DNA of 64,000 bases from the NCBI GenBank assembly GCA_002633005.1, contig NMRA01000441.1:310001-374000 (forward strand). Direction: 5' to 3'. Below are positions 37,016 to 48,915 of the stretch, piece after piece. The notes under the pieces are model-generated. The model saw nothing but the letters and a program-made list of their open reading frames with translations. It did not search any database and was not told the origin of the DNA. This stretch comes from Phoronis australis. Lineage: Eukaryota > Animalia > Phoronida. A program made the position numbers and the translations under genes. The number at the start of each line of letters is the position of its first letter. Position 1 is the stretch's first letter.

Positions 37016-39100
37016 TTTTTACTCTGCGCGTGCAAGCGTAGAGTACTGTTGTTCCTGGGTTTTCTTCAATTTTATTCTTATTCTTTTTTTCTTCCGACCA
37101 ACTTTGACACTTATAAACTCCAAAGTGGTTGCAGGTATGCTCTTCAAATTCAACATATGATTTTAGGCAGTATATAAATTTTGATTCATTATATAATGAT
37201 TTTCCACAATGCACCGGCAGAGGTCATTTGGTGCAAAGGTCATGTAATTTTCAAAATGCTACTCCTTTATTTAAAAAGCTATTCTTTTCAAATTCGGTAC
37301 ACATGTATAAGTCAATACGGCAATTTAAAAAATTACTTTTCTAAGTAATCAGGTCATTCAATCAGGTTAAACAGGTCAAAGGTCATTAGGTGCAAACAAA
37401 GATTTTGAGCTAGACACTTCAAATTCACAGGTCTGATTGGCACATGTAATTCAATTCGGAATCCAAAGTTTTAGGTCATTTAGTGCAAACATGGGGTCAT
37501 TAGGTGCATTTTTCTTCTGAAAATTTGACCTTTTCATTCACCAAGTATTCTGATGTGTCAGCTGTTAGACTAGTAAGTGTGATTCTCAGCATTAAACACA
37601 TTGGGCTTTGCAATAATTCTCAAGATGCTAATAATGCACCGGATAGGGTCAATTAGTGCAAAGGCCATCTAACGTATATATCTCATGTTTTTCAAGGAAT
37701 TCTTTTCAATTTCAACACACTGGGGTAAGTCAGCCTGCCAATTGAACACCCTACTTTACTACGCAATAGGCCTTACTAATCAGAAAAAATAGGTGAAAGG
37801 TCATTGAGTGCAAACTAAAATTTTCAGCTAGACACTTTAAATTCACTAGTCTGATTAGTATGTCTAATTCAATTTGAAATATGAAGTTTCAGGTCATTTA
37901 GTGCAACCATGGGGTCATTAGGTGCATTTTTATTCTGAAAATTTGACCTTTTCATTCAGCAAGTAGTCTGATGTGTCAACCGTGATTCTCAGCATTAAAT
38001 ATACTTTTCACGGACATTGCAATAGTTCTACTAAAAGGGCTTGTAATGCAGTGGATAGGGTCAATTAGTGCAAAGGTCATCTACTTTTGAAAATTTTATT
38101 TCTACATTTTTCAAGGAATTCTCTTCAATTCCAGCACATTGATGTAAACCTACATGCCAATGAACTTAGAAATATCTACTTTACTAAGCAATAGGGTCAT
38201 CCAATCAGAGAAATAGGTCAAAGGTCATTGAGTGCAAACTAAAATTTTGAGTTAGACACTTCAAATTCCAAGGGCTGATTGGTACGTCTAATTCAATTTG
38301 AAATACAAAGTTTCAGGTCATTTAGTGCAACCATGGGGTCATTAGGTGCATTTTTCTTCAAAAAATTTCAGTCCTTTTCATTCACCAAGTATTCTGATGT
38401 GTCGACCGTTAGACAACTGTGATTCTCAGCATTAAACACACTTTTCACGGGTTTTGAAATAATTATCCTAAAGACGCTTGTAATGCACCGGATAGGGTCA
38501 ATTAGTGCAAAGGTCAACTAACGTTCAAAATGTTATATCTACTACATTTTTCAAGGAATTCTTTTCAAGTTCAGCACACTGGTGTAAGTCAACATGCCAA
38601 TCGAACGCCCTACTTTACTACGCAATAGGCCCAACCACAATCAGAAAAATAGGTCGAAGGTTATTGAGTGCAAATTAAAATTTTGAGTTAGCGACTTCAA
38701 ATCTACATATCTGTTCAGTAAATGCGAATGAGTTTGAATTCTAAATTACCGGGTCATTTGGTGCACCCATGGGGTCATTAAGTGCATTTTTCTTCGCAAA
38801 GTTTGACCAATTCATTCATGTTGTATTCTGAAGTGCTTAAAGTAAATATTTGTGATTCTTGTCATTAACCACACTTTTAATCGAGTTTACAATTATTCCC
38901 CTTATGGGGGTCCTAATGCACTGAAAGAGGTCAATTAGTGGAAAGGTCATCGAAATATTAACATATAATTTCTCCTACAATTTTAAAGAATTCCTTTTCA
39001 TATTGATAAAGGGGTTGCTGTCACTTCCCATAACAATTCCTTTAATACGCACGCGCAGAGTCCATTATTGTCACGCCCGCCGTGACAATAATCTTTCTAG
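37016..39100 (+). mobile_element. Non-autonomous Helentron/Helitron-type element (HINE) with internal ~425-bp tandem array
   Basis: T-run, subTIR ACTCTGCGCGTGC (37021-37033), TTC-rich tract, tandem array, inverted subTIR GCACGCGCAGAGT (39049-39061), 12-bp-stem hairpin ATTATTGTCACG-CCCGC-CGTGACAATAAT (39064-39092), terminal CTAG|T. Confidence 0.8.
37208..39010. repeat. Satellite-like tandem array, ~4.3 units of ~410-440 bp
   Basis: AATGCACCGGATAGGGTCAATTAGTGCAAAGG variants recur near 37208, 37633, 38045, 38483 and 38915; internal GGTCATTWAGTGCA subrepeats. Confidence 0.9.
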
Positions 39101-39899
39101 TATTAAAAGTTGTTATTACATTCAGCAATGTAACAAATAGAAAAATTAAAATTTTGGCAATTGTGCAAAATAGGTTAAGAATTACGGTGAAAACTGGAAC
39201 TCTGAACACACCTCAAGTCAAAAATTTGCCACGTGATTCTTTCCCTCTTCAGAACTTACAGCTGATCCGAGATAAATATACCAACAAGACTTCTACGAAC
39301 TATCGTAATAATGTTGCTTTTATTTTTCACGAAGTTTGTATTCTCGAAATGCATCCATTGAGCCAGTTACCACACATGAATATGTTTCACCAGGTCATGA
39401 ATCAATGTGGGCAAGGAGTTCAAGCTTTGGATAATTGTTGCTTGAGTTTTGAACACTATGCAATATTCACCTAGCCCATTCACGAACCAACTGTTAAAAT
39501 TAAAAAAAAGAAAATGTCCTCAAGTTAGGTACCAAAGTCAGGGGAAGACTTACGACTTATAAGATAATGTACAAGAACGCACCACTCGTGCTGAGTACCA
39601 TGAATTTTGTGTTTCAGGAGATCCAAAGTGACCTTGTGCAAATCCAGTCGTGTTCCATGAACCATATTACACACAGATTCATTTTAGCCAAATGCAAGAG
39701 GTGCAGTTAAATTTTCAGGAAACGCAGAGAAATAGTAGAATAAAACAGCTTCAATCTATCGACTACAGTTGTCTAATATTCAGGTTCATAATCAGTGCCG
39801 GATTTATAATGTGGGTGCAATTGCCCCCCCCCCCCTTTACAGAGGGCTCCTTTGTTTATACTTAAAACATCACTTTGCTATCAGAACTACGAGATTTAT

Positions 39900-40620
39900 T
39901 TGTTACATTCGGTATTTCCAAATAGATTATCATGGCTGTTTAAATTAGTAATGCTAAGGAAATCCGATCACAAAATTTCCTCCACAACATTTCACAAATA
40001 AATGTATCATAGACTCTATGTTCAGAGCAAATTGTACACAAGTCATTTTCTTGAACTTTAATTAACGTTAAAAAGACATTTGTTGTTATAAGACTGCGTA
40101 CAATTTTGTACTGGAAATACCTTAAATATGAACCTAACGTTAAAACATAAGGTAATCGATAAATTTTGGACCAATGAAAGTCATGAAGAGCAGTAAGGTT
40201 TAAATATCTAACCCACTTCTGCAGGGCCCTGTCCACATGCCTATTTGGGGCTTCCAAATTTCTGATAAATGTCTACCTATAGTTTGAGCACTCCGTTTTA
40301 GCACTGACAATATGCAACAGTGGAGTCAAAACTGTTGGAAATTTTTGTTTTATATATTCAGATTGGAAAAGAATATCCAACCCGGCAAATTTGTCGGACT
40401 GACTTCACAAACCTGTAATGGTCCAAAACGTACCCTTTATACCAAATTTTCTTTTTAATGGTTGTAAATAGTCGTTTGTTTCATCATCATTTAGCAAATC
40501 TCTCATCTTTCTTGAATCTTTTTTATAACACTGTCGAATAAAGTCAAGTTTTATGTTTGTGTTAAACCATAGGGGCTCATGCAGTGATACTATAATCTGT
40601 GTCTGGAACGTGACACGTTA
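39900..40620 (-). mobile_element. L1/Tx1-clade LINE ORF2 C-terminal relic
   Basis: EPLWFNTNIK; WSKIYRLPYVLT..YLRYFQYKIVRSLITTNVFL..IKVQENDLCTIC (zf-RVT-like cysteine region). Confidence 0.78.
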
Positions 40621-41389
40621 CAAATTTCTTCCATGCTTACTAGAGCTAATGTTTTAATAATTGTGTCAAAGCCCAATAACTCCCCAAGTTCTGAGCAAAT
40701 TTTTAATTTCACCCATCTACTTGTTATCTCATTGGTCAGTTAGTTCTCTTTTACGTCAGTGAGCGTGGCCTACGGCAGCTCATTCAACTATTTCCTTGAT
40801 TCTCTCCAGACGTGATGTGTTTTCATCTTCAATAAATTTTCCCACTCCCCATCCCATGGGTTATTGTTTGACAATTTCAAATGAAGTTCATCCATTTTCT
40901 GTTACGCCCTGCATGCGTTTTCTCATCACTCCTTTGTTGTTATTGCATGCTACTCTGAACACTTCTATGTACGAGCCTTATACCCATCTTCCAGATTTTT
41001 CTTTTGTGTTTTGGCTTGATGGCGCCGTCACGGATTGAAGTGAGCTAGTCGTTATTCATGGTCTTGGCTGAACGTGTTTGATGAGATAAATGCAGTCGCA
41101 AACCAACACGCCTGTTTAGCCAACAACGAACAATAAGTGACTTTTTAAAATTGAAAAGTAAATTGTAGCCGTCCTTGAATTTTCAAAATCGATACATTAA
41201 AAGATAAATTAGTGAATATAAGTTGTCTTCAGAATCGCTGTTACGCCACGAGAATCTGTTCAGGACGGGTTAGTCACAGTCAGGCTTAGGCTCGCTTGTA
41301 AGCGTTGGGGTAACAAAACCCGGAAGGTTAGCAAACTAACATATACATTTGTAGACGAGATTGGAACATTCCATACGTTGATTGCGGTA

Positions 41390-41950
41390 GTTTCGTGGAA
41401 TCGAATCTGTACACAACCATTCCAGCCGAAGAAACAATTGTTAATTGGCCCATATTAGCAGAGATTTTCACGATTAACTGAATCCACTGCACTTTCAACC
41501 TCTCCGCCTAACGTCCCACCAACTTTCTACAGTCGGTATGCTGAGGACACGTTTGCTGCTTCTGACAAAAAAGAAATATGTGACCTTTTCCGCCTTGAGT
41601 TCATCAACCACATTCATCTCAATGTATCGTTGAATAAGAAATAATTTTATACTTCCTTTCTTGATGTGTTGGTTTCCGGACTGGAGGACAGTTTTAGTGT
41701 GATTTCCGTTTATCGTAAACCAACTTTTCTCAAGTCTGTACAATGAATGAGATCAGTCTTGAAATTGTTCAATCTAGTCAAATATCTCCTGCACAGAGCG
41801 TGACGCAATTCACTGCGATGACCGTTTACTTTACGGGGGATGTACCTTAATAAAAAACCTACTCACGTTATTTCCTGGATTCTTGTCAACAAATTTTTAC
41901 TTAACTAATTTGTATGCTCCTGCTAATAACATATGCCAACAGCTGTTCAT
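41390..41950 (+). mobile_element. Degenerate Penelope-like RT relic
   Basis: SFVESNLYTTIPAEETI, PILAEIF, PTFYSRYAEDTFA (decayed YVDD), SFLDVLV, SVYRKPTF; stops and frameshifts. Confidence 0.72.
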
Positions 41951-42858
41951 GAGTGCATAAACCACCGTTGTTTTCAAAGGCCAGTCCAGCTACAGTGTCT
42001 CAAACCACAAATACACCGCCTCGTTAGTAGAACTGAAATCAAGACACCTGCGTTTTGAAGACGGGCAAACTCTTCCAAACTGTTCAAACTTATATGTAAA
42101 TCTATTTTTTTTAATACTAGCCAGCCCTGATTGCAAACAAGACTATCCGCAGAGTCGCTTATAGTTAGAACACAAAACCTCCAACAGCGCTGTTCTTCGT
42201 CGACTCTACCATCCACCATGAAATTGATTTTGATTAAAACACGTATATTATGTGGCAACAATAGACCCTGAACCTTAAAAAGCGTACAGCTACACGTCCT
42301 CTATTCTAAAGCCTCGCTTTTTGAATAACAATGAGTACCAAGTTACAACCCTGGTCTTGACTCCCGCCAATCTTCTGTGTCCTGTACCCTTGTCATTTTG
42401 TGACTATCATTCTAGTGTTTGGTCATTCTGCAGTGTTCACCTTCTAGGTGCGCACTAGCTTTTCCACTGTCGATGTTTTGAGCAAATGAACGAAATGTCT
42501 GGACCTTGAATGTAATATAATAGAGCTGTAAATATGACAGGCCACCGCAAACGTGACCAATCAATGGACTACTTGACGACAGTGTCAAGAATGAAGCTAC
42601 GAGCAGGTATCGTCCATGTTCGACAGTGAGAGAATGAACTACTGGAACCGTGTTCGAAGTGCCAGGTTTCAAGAGAATGAAACCAATGGCAATGCACGTA
42701 CCCAATTTCAAAACCTATAGTAGTGGTCTTTTTATGATTTCAATAATGAAAAATATCCATTATTTGGAATCATGAAGGGAACACTGACTATTTATATTTA
42801 GCTTGATGAATCAGAAATAAGGAAATTAACCTCTTTCTAAAGCTGTACAAACATGAAC

Positions 42859-42914
42859 AAAAGAGAATAAACAACTACTAGGCTTCGAAGCCTAGTAGTT
42901 GTTTATTCTCTTTT
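42859..42914. repeat. Perfect 56-bp palindrome
   Basis: AAAAGAGAATAAACAACTACTAGGCTTC|GAAGCCTAGTAGTTGTTTATTCTCTTTT. Confidence 0.95.
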
Positions 42915-43649
42915 CAGGTAAGGAAAAGATTCCAATCAAATCTTGCAAGAAATATTATTGTTTTGTATTTAAAGCACGAAAAATACAATAAAGAATAACA
43001 GGCATTAAGGAATAAATGCCTCCACTGCCAACAAGAACAAAACTAGAAAAGTATCAGCGCACATTCAGTTGACTTTTAAGAGCAACGGCGTTTTAAAGTA
43101 AAAATGGAAGAACGACACAAGAAATTGCTTTACTCTGTGGTGAGACAACTGAACGACGTGACCATAGAGGATTTATTCCTCAGCAGTCTACTAGCGAAAG
43201 ATGCTATCACAGTGGCTATGTATCAAAGAGTTATGGTACGTTGTGAGTTCTAGCAGTCGTGAAATTTAACTGAAAAAACACGTTTGTAAATAGTTGAGAA
43301 TTTTTGATATAACATTCAGTTTTATAACTGCAGAGTTATTTGTTTTGTGTCTACTTCTGTTTTTATACATAGTTGCGCCGTATCAAAACTGGCGATTTAT
43401 CAGCCTAGGCAAGATTTAAATTCCTGTCAGTGATGGCTCACTTGAAAAGCTAATTTAAATGATGATTGCTGTTTTATTTGTCTACAGTTCATTCACCTAG
43501 AAGTTATAATCTTGAATATAGACTAGACAGTAAAGAACGTCACTTTTGCGTTAGAATGACAAAATTGTCAATCAATTTTAAAGATTTCCAGTGGTGGGTA
43601 TGATGTCATTACAGCCGCGGGTTCTGTCGCTCAGTAACTTTTCCAGAAG

Positions 43650-44330
43650 TGAGGGGAGCTGAACGTGCGATAACATCTGGCCCTTTTGGTAACTGCCCAG
43701 CTCAGTCATTGTCCCGTATGATAACTAGCAGGCCAATTATCTCCCAGGCTTCCATGGAAACGAATGGTGGTTTACCGAACGGGTATGAACACAGTCAAAC
43801 CCAGTGCGTTGGTAATCCGTTTGGACAGAATAGATTGTCTTAACTTCTGTTGTAGTTGGGCGATTTAGGCGATTCAAAAACGGAACATGATCAGCATTTG
43901 ACGAGGAATTTAGAAATCGTGCTATTGGTTTATGTTCAAACATGATATAACTTAACTTTCATTTTTAACAGCACAGCCCAGTCAGGCTAGATACCATCTT
44001 AGATTAGAGCAATTATCGAACAAAAGAGTGCAGGCCCTTCAACCATAAATGCCAGTATGGAGTTAATCAGTCGTGTAAGATATTGGCTACGGGGGGTAAA
44101 CTTCCCAACTTGTTCATGTTGGGATATATAGAATCGAACAATTAAGTTGGGAGCAACGGGATGTCGCCGTCATGTTCTGTTCATTAGAAACTCGGCCCGT
44201 TTTACAGCCCCTTGCATTTCGTCAATAGATTTGTAGAAGAACCGCTGTCGTCAGGAAATCTGTTTATCTGGAACGCTGCTTGGAATACAGCCGCAATTAC
44301 TGTATTTGCGACTTCAAAAACACGTCTGTG
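43650..44330 (-). mobile_element. Possible highly decayed Gypsy integrase fragment
   Basis: Only remnants: NGPSF (DNGP-like) and PWKPG...SYG...GSY (GPY/F-like module). Confidence 0.3.
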
Positions 44331-44477
44331 GCCAAACTAAATTAAAAATGTGGACTAAAACGGGTGTTTTTTTCGAGCTGCTTGTATTCTGAAATTAAAC
44401 TTTCATATGGACCTATGTTAAGGCCTTTTATCCGGAGCGATAAGGCAACCGTACCCGTTGATGAAAGTAGTTCCATT

Positions 44478-44540
44478 ATGTTACTACTAGGCCTACTGTT
44501 ACTACTTCTGCTACTGGCACTGCTATTGCGACTGCTACTA
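44478..44540. repeat. Imperfect (CTA/CTG)n microsatellite
   Basis: Explains the poly-Leu and poly-Ser ORFs at 44342-44681. Confidence 0.8.
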
Positions 44541-46264
44541 AACATACAAAAGCTACTTTTATCCCACGATCTTCTCAAGAACCACCCTACCCCCACAGAA
44601 TTCGTTTCAACAGGTACACACGTCTTCGTTTCGTTAAGTGCAATCGCATTTTTATTCGGTAACCGACCTATTTTAGTTTAACCTAGGACCAGTATGTATA
44701 TTACTCCCATTTTAACCTGGTTCCCGGGCCTCACACTCTGACGTCACGGATAGCGTATGAAGGTCCTCGCTGGTTCCCTGCGTGTCGGCTCGCCGTAGCA
44801 GACCAATCTAGAAGGTCTGTGCAGGAGTCAAATTTTAGTTAGAACGATTTTTGGTCGTGGCGCTTGAAGCTTTATCGGGTGTTTTGTGCGACTGAGCGTC
44901 ATAAAATTGGATGCCTATCTACGTGGCAACGTGAACTATTGTATTCGCAACACCGTTTACACCATTAATGCCGTTTACATTACAAAAGTTGACACTATTT
45001 TTGGAGAAGACTGCGCTTTTAAATTATTAGCGCAGGGTTTTGAAATGATTTTTGAAAAAAAATGTAGATTTATAAAGAATGAATGAAAAAAAATTAATTT
45101 TAAGTCAATGTTTACTAGATATTGTGGTCTGAGAAATTGTAGAAGCACACTTTGCAAGTAATTTATCTTTAAATGTTAATACTGCGTCAACAGTCATTCT
45201 TTTTTGGGAGAGGATTTGGCGAACTGTCAACTATTGCAAGCCCCAAGCTTTGCCGTTTTTTGTTAAAGTTAACCTTTGATCACGCCTGCTGATCCCTGGT
45301 GTCACAGAATAGCCCATCAGTGCAGTTTGAGGGACGGTCAGACTGTGGTCTTGGTGTCGTGGCTGGTATGGTAAACTTTACTGAAACATGATCAGTGGCG
45401 TAGAAAGTGGGGTTTGGGAAGGGCAGCTGCTCCCGGACAGCAGCAGAAGGAGGGCAGCTGAAAGGGCCCCAAATGGGCGCCCGCCGGGGGCACCAAACAG
45501 TAGAAACCGGAGGTGGGGGTGCCAAATAGACATCGGGAGGTAGCTGTATAGGAAGTAAACGGATTTCGACTAAGGGCGAGGGGCGGTCACACAGCTACAC
45601 AATCGGGGTGCATCAAGGAGCGTTTGTCTCAATCAGGGTGCCGAGGAGGTGTTGACAGGCGGGGGGCGCATGTTTGAGCGTCAATTGGATTCCGAATTGC
45701 ACAACCTCGATTGCATTGTAAGATCGCTTCACGGGTTAGCGCAAGTACTGCATATTTGAGTTGTGGATCACGAAACTTATGTGTCCGTGATGTCTAGCTG
45801 TGTTTTCTTCATGTTCAGTAGTTATTTTGAGTTCGAAGTTACTACAAATCAGCGAAACAACGAAGGGATTTTTTACTTCGGAATTTATTGGAAAAGAGGT
45901 TCACATAAGCGTTATCAATATCTACTGTGGCAATATCGAATCCAACTTATAAAAAATTGTCCGATATTCTAGAAAAGCAAAGCACTGATCTTACAATTAT
46001 TTACGGGACTGGAATCTAGTTCAACACTTTTACTTGGATTTCTAAAATCATGTCTCATAAAACAACTGGAATGTCAGTAAGGTAGTGGAATATGTTAAGT
46101 CCTGGTTTACATTTGTGGATACCTGAATTCCTCACCCCTAAACAACAAATTACGCATGGGGACGGTTTTACCCGGTTAAAAATATTAGACTTTTGCCTAA
46201 TTTCTGAAGAGCTGGCCAATCTCTCACAATTTTCTCGCTTAGGAAGTGGGTAGGCCTACAGAAC

Positions 46265-48350
46265 TACGGTGTCCCAAAGATGACATCGCGCGTTAATTCT
46301 TTTTTAATTGGATCTTGAGATCCCGACTTAATTATGTCAGGATTTCGAGATCGCGACTTAATTATTTCGGGTTCTCGATTCTATAACATACTCTGTTTTC
46401 AAATGCTTACTGGTCTAAACTAACAAATCGGGGTTTCCAGAACGAATGATCGAAGTAGTTTGAATAAGAACTAAAATTGAATGCATGCTCACGGGCGTCG
46501 AGAGAGGTTGTAAAAGATAGCTCACAGCCCCGGTTCACGTGGCACTTAAGGAGACCAGTCGGTGCAGGAAAAAAAAAAACGGCAGACAACAAAAACAAAG
46601 GCTCCAGAGTTTCGGGTTGGTCGGCCTCAGTTGGACAAGGGCCACAACTCAGAAGCCCACTAGGAGACCCCAAAAATTTGGAGGAGAAACTTGCTACGTA
46701 CATGTAATTGCATGTGACTGTTGACAGTTGGTAAACGAAGAGACGATGTAAATCAGTAACGTTGTGTATTGTACAACTGGGCTGCAGGCATTTTGTACAA
46801 GAAAATAAATGTTCTAAAGGTAGACTTATTTTTAAGTGGCATCCTTGCCGAAAAATAGCTGAGTAGCCAACCACCCGAGCAAAACTGTAACATTAAAGCT
46901 GGTGGTTCCTACTTATAGTGTACTCCAAGAATGATTTTACACAAGTGCACCTTTTCAATCGTACTCCTTAAAACCTCCCAATTGTGTGCCATAACATTGT
47001 GATGGACATTTCATTTTATCAAATAATTCAAATGACAGTTGCACTGGGGAAAATTCTACATTTTACATTATAAGATAGACGGCTCAATTTTCAAGTTTGT
47101 AAAAGCACATGCCATCCTTTCTGGAGTGAAACCGGGTATAACGCTTATAGTCTCAACCGAGAAAAATAAGGGACAATATTAATAAAAACAACGAGATTTT
47201 TCAACCTCAACATGTTTCGATGTCTCATACATCAACATCAAGACAAGATATCAAGGCAATCTACAATCTTGACCCACGCAGCTTACAGCAGAGCTATCAG
47301 GACGCATCATAGCAACAAAACATCAATGACAACGCTTAATTTTAGAAATTCCTTCTGTCAACAGTCCAGATAACATTGTCTGATGAAAGGACACATTTTA
47401 GATTGATGACGCCACAACAGATTTACGTGTCTGGTGTTAATAAGATGCAGTACTACTGGTTTTGCTCGCTGAAAAACACAAATCGAATTAGGCCTCTTAA
47501 AATCGGTCTCACATGATAGGCCTTGCTTCCTCTGTTACCAAGAATATTCCAGTTTGGATAGAGATGAAAGCGTAAGAGATCTTTTCAACCTAGGGTTGTT
47601 ACAAAAAACATGCTCAGGTATCGCTTTGGTATCAGCGTTAGGCACCTTCGACGTTTGTTGTCGAGACTAAGACTCGTGCGTCATAACAATAGTGTATAGT
47701 AAACTCCTTGGTAACACTTATTCAGACATTGATGATGGGATTGGTTTCGCAAACCGACAAATATCGATGCTAGAGCAGGAATATGGTTATAGATTCATGC
47801 ACCGCAAATGTTTCAGATGGTGTGGCAATGCGACGCACCAGAAGACTGTTTTACGTACAGCGACGTGAATCCTGAGATCAATTAAGTCGGAATCTCAATA
47901 CCTTGAGATAATTAAAAAGGAGTCCGGAACCCTGCTTAGCAGGTTGTTATAGCCCAGTTGGCTGTTTGGTGTACCCACTCGGTACTTTAGATGATATTTG
48001 CCCATTTGGCAGTTTGTACCCACTTGGTACTTGTTATTGAATTTGCCGTTTTGCTCGACTCAGTTGGTAGGCCAGCGGCCAATACCCATTTGGTATTATG
48101 TACCCATTTGGTACTACGCTAACCTGTGCCACTTAGCATCCGATACTCAGTTGTACTTTGGGTATCGGAAATGTGTGTGTGTTATCTCTTGTAATTAAGG
48201 AACACATCTGGTTCCTTCTGTGAAATAGTTATTTGTAGAGCTGTGACCCTGAAATTCCCAATACAACTTAAAATATACATTATTCTTGGTGTTTTATTTG
48301 TCCCCAATAATTAAAAAGGAAACGCACGATGTCATCTTTTGGCTACCGTA
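46265..48350 (+). mobile_element. IS3EU-type DNA transposon, defective
   Basis: TIR TACGGTGTCCCAAAGATGACATCGCGCGTT / AACGCACGATGTCATCTTTTGGCTACCGTA; 6-bp TSD CAGAAC (46259-46264, 48351-48356); subterminal GAGATCCCGACTTAATTA repeats; decayed transposase N-terminus at ~47570-47860 (LFNLG..ISVRHLRRLLSRLRL..YSDID..YGYRFMHRKC). Confidence 0.78.
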
Positions 48351-48915
48351 CAGAACTGTCTATTGGAATTAGAATGACAGACCTTTCCAGAGGTAGGGGT
48401 CTCCCAGGCGCTTTAGCAACTCATACTTGCATTACACAAAATTCACCACCCTAATTAAAGTTGTAATATTCGAGGTCATCTCAGAATTACTGTAATTAAG
48501 GTTCTCTTGTTACTTAAGCTGGCTCAATTGCTCCATGTTTTTCTATCGCCATCCAGACAATTTAATTAAAGGTCTTGAACTTATGTCCTTAAGGTTTATT
48601 TGGCGCGGCAAAAATGGTGGGATAAAGAGAACTAAAATGATACAAAGCTTTTCACCGGGAGATTGTACATGTAAAATGATTAACATTGAATATTATATCA
48701 ACTTTTAAACTATTTTGGTTCCATAGACTTATTTCAACCAGTGATGTTCATTGTGTTTATAACTTTTCGCATTTTGGAGGTGCTCCTCACGATTTGTGCT
48801 CAGATAAAAAGCCTAATTTATTTCGGTGCGGTGCTTGCTACTCCGCCCAAATTCAAAACACTAAGAATGATAAAGATTTTCAATGTATAACAACAGTCTT
48901 TTATAAATATAATGG

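Noticed and set aside
44364-44681. Leu-rich, membrane-like 105-aa ORF
   Set aside because: Produced by a CTA/CTG microsatellite; non-ATG start
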